Shown here: positions 50,461-62,200 of the stretch, in pieces
Layout: each line of letters opens with the position of its first letter
Position numbering within the stretch: position 1 is the first letter of the stretch
Assembly: GCA_030704615.1 (NCBI GenBank)
Contig: CM060734.1
Location: 11,160,001-11,224,000 of the forward strand
Direction: 5' to 3'
Length of the DNA stretch: 64,000 nucleotides
Origin: Takakia lepidozioides
Lineage: Eukaryota > Plantae > Bryophyta
Notes under the pieces: model-generated
Told to the model about the DNA's origin: nothing
Databases searched by the model: none
Seen by the model: only the letters and a program-made list of their open reading frames with translations
Position numbers and translations under genes: made by a program

Positions 50461-52779
50461 GGGGTTACATCAGTTGTAGAAGAGCGAAGTCGGAGTTGGT
50501 CAAACTTCGCAAGTATATACAGCAATTGCGGGCTGCTCCAACTCCGTCCCCAGTCAAAAACCGGGCGAGCTCCCCATCTCCGTCTCCTGTACGCGAGGCA
50601 TCAATGGTTGCTGATTATGATAATCATACCTCATACCCATTTATATTCTCAAAACGCAGTACCTCTCATGGCGAGGTCTTCACCATCACACTCTATCCAA
50701 GAGGAGCTTGAAAATTTGAATGACTTCAACATGCATAGTTTCTTAAGCTCTAGGTAGTAGAGTTTGTACTGAATTTTCATGCACAGGGATAGAAATGCCA
50801 ATGAAATGTTAGAGGTGACCAGGATCACCAAGAAACAATTTGAGTACTTTTTAACAAAACAAAACAAAAGGGATTTGATCTCCAGTTTATACAAAGAAAC
50901 CAGGTGATCATTGACCTTAGGAACTACTAAACAGTTTCAAGTCTTGCTGCTCTGGTGTGAACACGTCACATTGCCATGCAAATTTACTCACCCTCATACT
51001 CTACAAGAATGTGAAGTGGCGTAGCACCCAATTTCTGCCGACCCTGCAATCGACAACTTCATTCTCAGTGAACAGCTCCTTCATGCTCCAGGTAAGGAGA
51101 CCGAGTTGCAAGGGCTGCTGCATTGCAATGTTTTCTGGTGCTGTGTCTGAGGGAGGAAGCAAGGTGAAGAGGATTTCTAGTAAGGTTAAATTACGTGCTC
51201 TGTTGTCCTTATCTCCTTAAAACAAGAAAATATTAGAAAAATAATTTTTGGGATGGAGATAGACTGCAGAAAGATGGAATGAGGCCTCAATGCCCAGAAG
51301 TGGTTCAGGCTGCCCAGAAAATTGCATGAACCCTCTTATTCGAATTCATAATTGCCAGGTAACCAGTGACTTACTTTGAGGTCGGAGAGCTCAATCACGC
51401 ACGCACATTCCACAATCTGCACTGAACTTTTTCTGTCGAGTCACAATGCCTCACATTCAATTCCAAAAGAGCATTTGAGGTGATGAGTGTTCATTGCTGG
51501 TCCCTACTGGTCCATAGTGCTTTGCTTTGAGAAATTTGTCAAACTCCATGAACCTCTCTCTTAATCATAGACAGTAAGGTAACTTGTTAAACATGAATGC
51601 GAGAAGGAATACAAATAGGAAGCACCCCCATGATACACTAGTTGTAGGTCATGACTGATTGTTCTGAGCGGGCTGAGTACTTAGAGATTTCCAACTCTTC
51701 TATCTTGGAGTTTCCACCTCGGATAGCTAAGGGATGGGTGAGTAAAAACCGCTCGACATGCCCTAGAGTCATTGACTGCCTTGCCAGTACAAGAAAGCTG
51801 AATGATGTGGTGGCTAACACCTCTTTATAATGATCTTGCATCTATCAGCTCATGCACACTCTATTTGAGAGTCTTCCCATCACACCAGTTTTGTAACCTA
51901 GCAGAGAACCCTTCTTATTGTCATTACATTGTGCACTGGCAGTGAGTCATCATAAGTGCTTCAATAAGCTTATGTTTAGCTTATCTGAGGTGTTACCTTC
52001 TATATCCTTAGTCTTTGTGCTCAATATTAGTAGTCAAGGTGACCATGGCTAACTGTTGTCTTCTTTTGAAATGACTTCAGGCAACTACATTTGGCACTTA
52101 GCAATGACATGTGCAAGAAACATCGCCTTGGACTTGGGCCCCCTCCATGCCAACCCAGGTACGGAAGACAACAGCTCTGCGCTCATCTCGCAAATTTTCT
52201 TACCAGAATCTGCAAAGCCATCTGAGAGATCAGGCATATTGGGCAGCAACCAAGAGGTACCCAACCATGGAAGTTATGATTCAGTTTCCTTGCAACCCTC
52301 AATTTCCCTGAGGGGCTTGTTGTAGCATTTCCGTTCATTCTTACTAAGCAATCAACATTAGGAAGACGGAAATTGATTGATCCACTTACATTAATGTGAA
52401 AATGGCCATTTGCAAGCCACCCCCCCCTTTGGCAAGGCAATGCCCCACCATAAATGGGACCCTTGGAGTCGCTTATCATCACGTCGCATTACAAACTGAG
52501 TTTGGTCTACTTGAATTATCAGCGCCCTAATGGATTAGCCTTTCAAAGATTGCTTTTGTTTGTTCCAAATGCTGGACCATCCTATTGAAGACCAAATATT
52601 GAACACATGAATGTTTATCTTTGCTAATAGCTTCTCAGATAAGTTAAGCCTCAAGCAAAACCATTTTTAGTCAGACTTCCATGTGGGCATGAGGGTGATT
52701 TTGCAGTTGCATATCCGGATTCCAGACTTCCACATGTCTCGGGGTGAATATAAATGATATGGAATCTACTTCATCTTGC

Positions 52780-53186
52780 TCAACGCACACAATTTCTATG
52801 GGTTCTCTGAAGGACATTCTCCTGAGTATCGGTCTGCCATTTTTGAGATCAATGCACATGCGTATCTTGAAGTTGAAGAGAGGATGTACAGTCTGTAGAG
52901 GCTTCAGAAATGCGTGCGTCAACGCACTCAATTTCAGAGGGTGTTGTTATGGACATCCAGAGCTCTAAACAGATCTGAAAGGTCGAATGTGTGAGCACAA
53001 GAAGATCGTCTTAAATCCACGAGAGACACTTCGGAGAACCCACCAAAATTATGTGCGTTGACGCACGCAATCTCTGGGTTAGTACTTAAGCACAGTCTCT
53101 TGCGTATGGGTCTCTCATTTCTGAAAACAATGCACATGCATAGTCTGTAGAGGCATCAGAAATGCGTGCGTCAACGCACTCAATTT
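52780..53186. repeat. Cluster of type-A palindromes TG(A/C)GTGCGTCAACGCACTCA upstream of ParB-MTase copy A
   Basis: Copies at ~52907, ~53047 (inverted) and ~53161, half site at 52780; further copies in introns at 56463 and 57736. Confidence 0.85.
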
Positions 53187-53229
53187 GTGACATTGCTTTT
53201 ACATGGAGAATTTTTCTATTTCAATGCAG

Positions 53230-56200
53230 GCGAAGAAAAGGAGAGGTGTTCCCCTGGAGATGGATGAAGACGAAGAGCACGAACTTGTTGTTGTAGAGGA
53301 GGAAGACGATGGCAGGCCATACCAGGACAGGGCAAAAGATCTGTTGTCGTTCTCGAAAGTGAACTCTGCCCAAGTCATCAAGGCCATGGGCGTTCCTGGG
53401 GGTAAATTAATGATCCCACTGTGCAGGTTGATCTCCATGCCGTTCGTCCGACCAGCACTTACGAATGACATTGCAAAGCTGGAACAGGATTTTGCCATGG
53501 CTACAAAGAGGGTCAGTCTGTGTTTTACGTCTCGTTGGGCGACGCCAATGGCAGGGACGTTTTAGTAGACGAGACCATTGTTGGAGGCTGGGATCCAATT
53601 TGGCGACGTATCAACGAGGAGTTTGAATCAAGCATTTTCAAGAGGCTTGTTACACAGGCTTTCTCAGGCAAGATGTTCCATGTCTGGGATGGCAACCACC
53701 GATTGCTAGCCTGGTAGAACATGATATCGAGGTATCATAGCACTGAGGAGGAGTACGCAACCTAAAAGGTTTGCTAAAAAGGTGGCTCGTTGCAGTGGTC
53801 GTGAGCCATAGTAGTAAACGGTCCACTACTCCCTCTATTGGTTAAAGCCGATGCTAACGTGGCCGTGTGATATCATGGTTCACGGCCCACGGTCACTACA
53901 CTACCCACTACTGCTCCCGTGGTAATGTACCCTTGTTCCGCAATTTGCTAAGTACCGCGTACTTAGCCGTTTCTGCCCGGGACCAGGTAGTGTACATCCA
54001 TCACTACCCGGTATGTCCCGTTGTGACCCTCGCTGTCTGGCCCTCGTAGCATAGCCGTTATCATTTATTCCCCCCCTCTTTTGAAATTGTGTCCGCACAA
54101 TTTCGTCAGTTCCTGTGCTTGCTATATCTCTTGGGGATGTAGGGTGGTGGCATGCCTGTCTGCGGGGTAGGAAGTGCATCCCAGGATTGTCGTGGTGGCA
54201 GCTTCTTGTTCCTGTTGTCGTCACTATCTGGTTGCTCCTTTGGTTCATGAGTGGGCCAGCTTTCGTCATCAGGGTGTTCTGCTACTCCGTCCCCACGTAC
54301 CATGTCAATTTTGGTGGTCAAGGTTTCTCGGTAGGTTTGCAGCTCCTCCTTGGTCCAGGGTATAATGTGTTTAGTTGCCCTGCTGCCCATTAACTAGTTA
54401 ACAGCTTGGATCCCTATTTCTCTAAAAGGGTGGTCTCTGTCCAAGGCCAATGGTGAAAAGTGGTCCTTCGCCTGGCGCCATGCTTCAGCATACAGTGGTC
54501 TGTTCATATATGCTGAAGTGCCTGCGACTCTCTCTGGTAGCTGGAATTTGGGTAATTCCCAATGAGTATCTTTTTCAATACTCTCATAGCGCTACCAGCT
54601 TCCCCTCATTGTCACGAACATCCGGTACAAGTAACTGCCAATATAAAAACTTGGGCAGCCCATTACAATGTCTACTGCCGGGGTAGGATTAATCTTCACT
54701 TGCCCCACTGCCCACATGTAAGCTACCAGCTCCTTGTATTCCAGGGGAGACTGGCGCCAAAATTCAACCAATTCTGCCCTTGACCATGTCTCTTCCCTAG
54801 CCGGTGGCCTCATCCTGTATCTCAGAGGGATAAGAGTTTGATTGAGCAGATGCAATTGACCCAATGATCTGCACGGGGTTAAGGTTTTGAAGACCTTCTC
54901 CAGTATTTCTGGGATTTGGTGGGCTGGGACTACCATCATTTTAAAGTATTACTCTGAATACTTTAGTCACTCCCCATCCTGCTTGCATGGCATGATTTGG
55001 AAATCATCCACTGCTACCTCTGTCACCAACTTCGCCAATTGACATTTCATCTACCTCACCATTGCCTTGTTGAGTTTCTTCATCTCTAGTTCACTCCCTT
55101 CATTCAACCAGGCTCTGGCTAAGGCTGCGTTTGCTGAATCCAGCCCTGCTTGCAATGTCAGCTTCTCCAGCTGCTGCTTCCATTCTTGTTCATTGCCCAT
55201 GGCAATGTCTCTTTCTGTGGTGGCTGTGGCCTCCATGGTGCTGGATCCCAAGGGAAACATCACTGCGCTCTTGACAACAATGCATGACGTGAACAAGTAA
55301 GTGTCTTTCCTGAAATAACTCGGTTCTTTCCCTCATGTGTTTGGGAGTCAAATCGGACATGTCATGACATACCACTGCTTGTGGTAGGGGAACTAAAACC
55401 GCCCATGTTACAACAAACCTGGTACACACCCTGTTCAGGATCCAGAATATTGGCCAAATGCCCCTCAGCACATTCAAGAGCATCCTCAGTCCATAAACCT
55501 TCGCGAAATGCCAGACCTCCAAAACTTTGGACACATGGTACAAGCTGACAAGGGGAGCATTCATGGAATATATGTACACGGTTAGTATATCATCACCTAG
55601 CACTTCTATATTCTAGTACAATTCAAATTATTCTTCTATCTGATTTTGGATTGGTTTTTGCAGCAAGAGATAGCGGAGGCTGGGGAGAGGGCCAAAATAG
55701 AGTATTACTTCAAAACCCCCGAGGGGATAAGAACATTGAAAGGAGTGGCTGAAGCAATGAAGTTAAAGATGAATGAGACTCGGAAGAAGATCATGAGCGC
55801 CTTTGTGAAACAGCTGAGAATGGCAGACCCTGCCTTTGGGCCTCAATTCTTGAATGAGGTGAGGAACCACTGGAACACCAATTCGAAGCCAGAGATGACA
55901 CAGGAAAAGCTGCATCGTTTGTCAACTGCAGTGGTGGATTCCGAGCAGAAAGTTAAATGGTTGGAGATTTGGAATTTTGACTCAACAGTGAAGGACACAT
56001 ATTGCTTCCCAAGGGGGGAAAGAGACAAAAATATTGGCCACATCAGGCCATTCAGCGATCAAGTTTTCGATACATGGCTGCACAAAGCCACGTACTGGAG
56101 CCAGGTAATGTTGTGGACTGCCATATGTTGAATTTACAAAAGAATCTTCCCTAGTATGGACTTTAACGTTTGTATTCTGTCTGTTCACAGATTGAAGCTC

Positions 56201-58245
56201 GTGCGAACCAGGTGCTGGAGAAGTAGCTACATGCTTACAAGATAATGATGACCTTGCCCGAAGATACTATGGAGGATTACTTGAGACAGTGGAAGGCGAC
56301 AGCGTGGAGTAACTGTTTCTTCAGAGAGTTCGCCAAGGAGGGCATATCCCGGACAAAAGAGTTCGAGCAGCAACTCGGAGCCGAGGGAGCCATGAAAAGG
56401 GTCATGTACAGGTGGGTCATTTGAACTAAGCAGGATCACCTTCTTCCTTTATGGCCCTCCACAATTGAGTGCATCAACGCACACATTTTGGAGGGTTGGA
56501 TCTCTGGACTGTTTTCCCTATGTCTCATTGAATGCAGGTTCGTTTCTTGGAAACCCGCTCCCTATCTGGTTTTTCATGTTATCAGTTCTGGCCACAAATC
56601 ATGTAGTTTCTCATCCACTTTCTGATACTGTGCCTGCATTGTTTTGTAGGTATATCAAGAACGTTCTGATTCCTGGGAACAACCTAAGCAAGTACCCAGG
56701 CTTCATCAACTTGTGGGCTGACTCCTCCAACAGCCACACCATGTACACTGCAGCAATCCTCAGGGATTATGGTACATATCACCTCAAAGACTGCTGCTGG
56801 TATCTCGACATACCAAAATGAGATTGCCCATGGTATGAGTTGTAGACACGGAACCAGAACGACAATGCCGAGTCCTTGGCTCCTCTAACAGACAAGGAAC
56901 TGAATGACAGAAACCTACGAAACCTCGCTGAGAAGGAACCTGCAGCCACACACACTCCGGCGAGAGGGAAAGGGAAGGGAAAGGGCACAAAGGACAAAGG
57001 GAAGGAGAAGAGCGCCCAAGGGGATGCTGCAATAGGTGTTGGTTCCCAGACCCCAATTGCAACCAAGGATCGCAAACGCAAGGGGAAGTTTGAGCCATAC
57101 GACACAGTGGAACACCCATCCTGAATCAACCAAGAATGCAAATGCGAGCTTGTAAACGACTCCTTCCTTGTCATGATGGAGACCAGGAAAGGTGGTTACA
57201 CTGGAGATCCCTCTCCAACGTGGGTTAAGATGAGTGCTTTTCTTGAGTCGGTAAGCAAATCTCTCATCTTCACTGCTGTCAAATTCCCACCTTTACTGTT
57301 GCATATTTCCCATCTTCGATGTGATTTTCAAGTTTGGTCGGCGCTGTTTGCAGGTTTCGTCGGGGCGGGATTGGGTGAATGGTGCTCAGAAACCGTGTGC
57401 TACAGACATGGTGATTGTTGACATTCCGGACGGGCAGGCGGTACCAGACATTCTCCCCACTGGCACTTGCCCAACCTGGAATGCATTTGACGAAAGGTAC
57501 TGGTGGTGGGTCTTCTCTTTTTGCAAATTGTTTCTGTCGGATGGAGGGGTTCTGGTTATGATTCATCACTACAAAATGTCGTCGGGAGATTTCAAGCTAT
57601 CTGAAGGCCTCGGGGATGAAGATCATCAAAACGTGGAATGGAGTGATTAGCCTGTACCTGACAAAGGGTGACTGTCCGGGACAAATGGTAATCCTCCTTC
57701 CCTTTCCTTTTTCAATTTGTATGCAATTTGGCCCCTCCGGAATTGAGTGCGTTGATGCACTCAATTCCGGATGGAGGAAATCGCTGTCATCTTTGGGGGA
57801 TTTTGCATCATTTCTTATGTCATTCGTGATGTTTTTTTTAGCAGACTTGCCTTTTTGGAGTCATGTGCCTTATCAGGATTCGCCCACCTTCCACTCCTGC
57901 ATCAGTGAAGGAATTCAGGCTTCATGGGGGAGGTTGTTTTACCAACGACAGGTTTGATCCTGTGGTAGACGACATTCACTACAACTACGTCAATTCTAAT
58001 GTGTGCTTGAGAAAGTCAAATTCCACACCATGGAGAGGGGCGAAGGAGAAGAGCCCAGCTTTTATTCAGACAATTATAGAGACATGCTCTCATCCGGGGT
58101 CGCGCATTGTGGACCTCACTCTTGGGATAGGTTAGACCCCCATCATTCTCTGTTGTTCTCTTCTTGTTGCAGATATTGTTATATCTTGCTAACAGTATAG
58201 CGTCTTGCAGGAGCTTCGTACCATGCTTGCAAGGCGGGGGGCAGG
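53230..58245 (+). pseudogene. ParB-domain plus beta-class amino-methyltransferase, copy A (disrupted)
   Basis: VWDGNHRLLAW; DMVIVDIPDG; WRGAKEKSPAFIQTIIETCSHPGSRIVDLTLGIG|ASYHACKAGGR. Same intron positions as copy B; several stops and frameshifts, a 1.46-kb insertion, 3' truncation. Confidence 0.85.
53757..55219 (-). mobile_element. 3' fragment of an LTR retroelement inserted in the ParB exon (decayed ORF end, PPT, LTR start)
   Basis: Splits HSTEEEY from VAVASMVLDP (copy B reads HSKDKDKHVAVEAMVLDP). ORF pieces 55215-54106 share one frame; PPT AAAAGAGGGGGGGAA at ~54068-54082 followed by TGA. Confidence 0.7.
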
Positions 58246-58430
58246 GATGCCTCGGCGTGAGCCTGGTCACGTGAGCGCGTGAGCGCGACTGCGCTCACGC
58301 CACATCACCTTGCGCAAATGCCACGTCACGGGGCTCAGTCCACGTCATCACACGTGGAGGCCGAGTCACCACGCACCCAGAAAGAAGTGGAGTGTATTCC
58401 CGCGGATTGGCACCCTTTACCGCGGAAACA
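58246..58430. repeat. Second CTCACGCCAC/ACGTG motif cluster
   Basis: cgctcacgccacatcacc is identical to the sequence at ~49380; also gcgtgagc, gccacgtca, cacgtgga. Confidence 0.7.
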
Positions 58431-58454
58431 AGCTGGACGACATAATAAAAGGCA

Positions 58455-58810
58455 TTGAATAAATGATGGATGAATGTACAGTTGGATGATAAACAGATGG
58501 ATGAGTTTGAAAAATCTATGTAGATGGATGAATGACGGATGGATAAGAGTAAAATGGATGAATGTATAATGGATGTTGAGCAATGACAAAAATTCATGAC
58601 AGGAAGATGCATGACCAAATCTTTTGACGAATGCACAAAGTATATGAAATGAGTGTGGAAGGTTTGTGGGGTGGATTAAAGAGTACAGAGGATGAATGTA
58701 CAATGGATGTTGTACAAAGGAAGCTTTCATGAATGGAGCACGCATGAATACAGTGTAGATGAATGCACAATGGATATGAGAAGAGTTAGGAAGGTTTGTG
58801 AGATGGATTC
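58455..58810. repeat. TGGATGAA-rich degenerate minisatellite
   Basis: Many ggatgaat and tggatg motifs. Confidence 0.65.
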
Positions 58811-59268
58811 ATACATATAGCAATTTAAACGAAAGTTGATTATGTGATTATTATTTGTTCTAAAGGAACAACTACGGTAGAGTAAGGGGATTCAACGTTT
58901 TCCAGATAATATGAAAATGAATATTAAAAGAATACAGTTCAGTCTGACTCAGAGTCAGTACAATGTATCCCCTCTTCCTCTGCATCTAAGTCTAAGTATT
59001 TTAGAACACCGGATCCACGCTGGATACACCTACGGCTGGCCACTAAAAAGTCAGGGGATAGGGACTCGGACGCGTGAAGTGCCATTGCTTCGGCATAAAC
59101 AGGGAGCAGAAAATTGGAAAGGGGGCTGTCGAAAACAGACTCGCCAGAAATGACTGTATCTCCTGAAGATCCACCGCTGGCTTTCCTGAAAGACAGCCTG
59201 AAAAAGTTATTACTGTAACTTTGATGTTATCGAGAAATTGAGTATGACTCCCAAAGAGGGTTTAGCAC

Positions 59269-62200
59269 TTACTCACATGAAAAGTCGTTGTCGACCTGCT
59301 TATCTTCGGGATCGTCATCATTTCGAATATGAATCCGATCAGTCTGTGTGCCTGAAGTGGAGCCAGACAAAAGGGGGAGGAGCACTGTGTTGTAGAGGTC
59401 AGAATCACCCTCCATACCAAAAAGGCTTCTTCCGCCTGCCTTGCATGCGTGGTAAGTTGCTCCTGCACCAGACAGGAGAACATAAGCAGTTTGGAGGAGG
59501 GGATTTAAGCAGATGAAACTGTTGAAAGGAAACCAATTCGGAAGGGAGAAAACGAACCTGTGGACACAGAAAGATCGACCACCCGTGCAGAGCGGTGGCT
59601 GCATGACTCCAGCAGTATTTGCATGAATGCTGGTGACTTTTCCTTTGCACCTCTCCAGGGAGTGCCATCTGGTCTCTTCAGAGTCTGACTGGACTGCATG
59701 AAGTTGTACAAAATGTCATCGACATGGGGCTCATAGGGGGGGTTGACGAAACAACCCTGGTCAGAAATCTCAAAGCTGCGGATGGAGGATGGTGTCTTTG
59801 ATGTGCGAATCCTCCGCAGGCAGATCGCCTCGAACATCCTCGTCTGCCAAAGATAGCAGGTTAGTGTGGTAAACACAATCTAAAGTGGAAGTGTGTACAT
59901 CGGCTATTCAGAACTCTGACACCAAAAAACCATGAATCGTTGATGATCGGTGTCGATCATAAAACATTCTACTAGAGTGGAGCTGCAGAGAAAATTGAAA
60001 CTCATGATCAAAGCATAAGCAGAAGGCAGACGGCATACCAGCTGACCAGGGAAACCCCCTTTCACAAGGTAGAGGCTGTTCACACAATTCCATGTGCGCA
60101 AAACTTCAAACCCTGAAGACTTGAGGTATGATGCCAATGCCCGACGACTATCATTGTCACATGACTGAAAAAGCAGAAGTGTCCCTGCATCAGAGAGGAA
60201 ATTGTTACAGAACCCGAATACCCAACTCCAGTAGTTGTCCTCGAATTTGTTCCACCCTGGCGTCTTGCCCTTTGGAAGAACTTCTGGCACAGCCTGGCCA
60301 TCCGGGATGTCGAGAATGACAATGTCGGCCGCATAAGTTTTCTGCACACCGCACACGAAGGTGGGACCTGTGCTCACCTGCAACAGACATGTTTTTTATA
60401 AGAACGATGGCAAGAATGTTTTCAAAGAACGAGACTGAAATACTGCCAACGAAACATTCAGAGAAAAAGGAAAGAAAGTGGAATTCTCACCAGATTGAGG
60501 AATGAGATTATATTGTCCCAGGTAGGGGATGGCACCCCAGTGTATCCTCTCTTTCGACTCTGCATCATCGAAAGCCAACCCTCATTAACAATTTTCATCT
60601 CTCCTGCTGAATCAGAACGGGAAGGGTGTGGCTTGGCATCGAACACGCACTGAAGAGTGCGGGTATATCTTCCAGCACTAAAGTCCTGCCCACTCTCCAT
60701 CTCCTTTTCATTCTCCTTCCCCTTGTCCTTTTCCTTCTCTTTGGACTTGTCTTTGTCCTTTGGCTTTGCTGGTGAGATGGCTATGACATCAACAGCCTTG
60801 TCTTTTGGTTTGCGGCCCGCCTTCTTTCCCTTCTGCGGCGTTCCCTGAGCATCAGGCTCCTTGGCAGCCAAGGTTGCTATGTTTCGTTGATACTCTTCGT
60901 CAGTCAAAGGCGCCAGCATCTCAGCGTTATTGTTCAAGTATTTCATATGCTGTTCTTGAAAGGTCGTGTGCTCAGGTGGGCAGTCAAGGTACCACCCACA
61001 GTCTCTGAAGTGAGAAGGACTCCAGTCCTTCAATATCCCTGCAGTATACATGGTTGGATCGTTTGCAGGGTCCGACCACATGTCAAGATAGTCGGGAATT
61101 CCGCTCAGGTGATTTCCTTCCATAAGCACATATTTCGTGTACCTGAAAAAAGGAGATGAATCCCAACCCACAAAAGCGCTCAGTGAGTAAGATGCAAGTA
61201 GAACAGAAAGAATAAAACATGGATTGAAATGGCTCTGACAACTGCTCCAAGGACCTTTCAGGACCACACTACTGCTCCAGATATGAATGTCGTCAACGCC
61301 ATTCAGAACATTCCATTCCATGACACTGTAAATACATCCTAATCCAGGTGAATGCAAATAAGCGATTAGAAATGACACAGACATAGAAGTGAATGTCGTC
61401 AACGACATTCAAGAATGAAGCCAAATTATTACTGAAATGAAGCAAAATCACAGGATGGAAATAAAAAAATTGAGTAAGGAACCATCCAGGAAAACTCAAT
61501 GCACATTCATAACGAACCTATCACTGAGGACCTCACAACATCACTGTATGTGAATGGCGTCAACGCCATTCACAAAAATACAAAAAAGAAACCAATTACT
61601 TAGCTCCCCAATCCATGAAAATTGAATTTGTCGTTTTTGAATAATACAGACACAGCTGTGAATGTCGTCAACGACATTCACTTTGGATTTCTTAAAACAG
61701 AGCTTATCAAGCCTCCATATTCATCGCAAGAGGAAAAAACAATGCAGAACAACTGAATGTCTGCATTGACATTCAGCAAAATGAAGTGATCAACCCTCAT
61801 TGTAACCTCTATGGACATTACAAAAATTTAAATAACCTTGAGGACCACACAACAACTCCGTATGTGAATGTCGTCAACGCCATTCAAGGACATTATCAAT
61901 TCTAATCAGGGACAATATAATTGCACCCTTAGATCCTAACCAGGTGAATTCATATACTCGCTTAAGAATGACTCAGACAAAGAAGTGAATGTCGTCAACG
62001 ACATTCAATCTGGATCTAAGATTGCAATCCATATGAAGCCACAATTTTTCCCAAAAAAACAGTAGAGTTTCAAGTATGACATTTCACCTGTACACAACTC
62101 GCATCATGGCCCACTCTCCTCCAACCTGACTGTCAAAGTCGTTGGACCGTAAAATGTTACCATCTTTGGAGAACTCCCGGAAAAAACAGTATCTCCAGGT

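Noticed and set aside
49653-50479. Hydrophobic, Pro/Leu/Cys-rich ORFs suggesting membrane proteins
   Set aside because: Products of a pyrimidine-rich low-complexity tract, open in several frames.
50470-50905. Exon-like pieces that might be 5' exons of ParB-MTase copy A
   Set aside because: No homologous sequence in the window to confirm them, and they are separated from the ParB exon by 2.3 kb of unassigned DNA.
52183-52482. GKLRVARKLN resembling an RT motif
   Set aside because: No flanking RT motifs in any frame I could read.
59043-59200. Possible ninth coding exon of copy B (the stop codon overlaps a GA|GTAAGT donor)
   Set aside because: Plausible but untestable here because copy A is truncated before this point; left out of the CDS call.
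59730-59760. NPPY in exon 7 as the catalytic motif IV
   Set aside because: It lies in the variable region after the DIPD strand, and copy A has NDRF at the same place; probably coincidental, though a structural model should confirm.
61284-62007. CRISPR-like array of 22-bp palindromic repeats
   Set aside because: Spacers are 73-139 bp, uneven and homologous to each other (three larger tandem units); the array is inside a spliceosomal intron and no cas genes are present.
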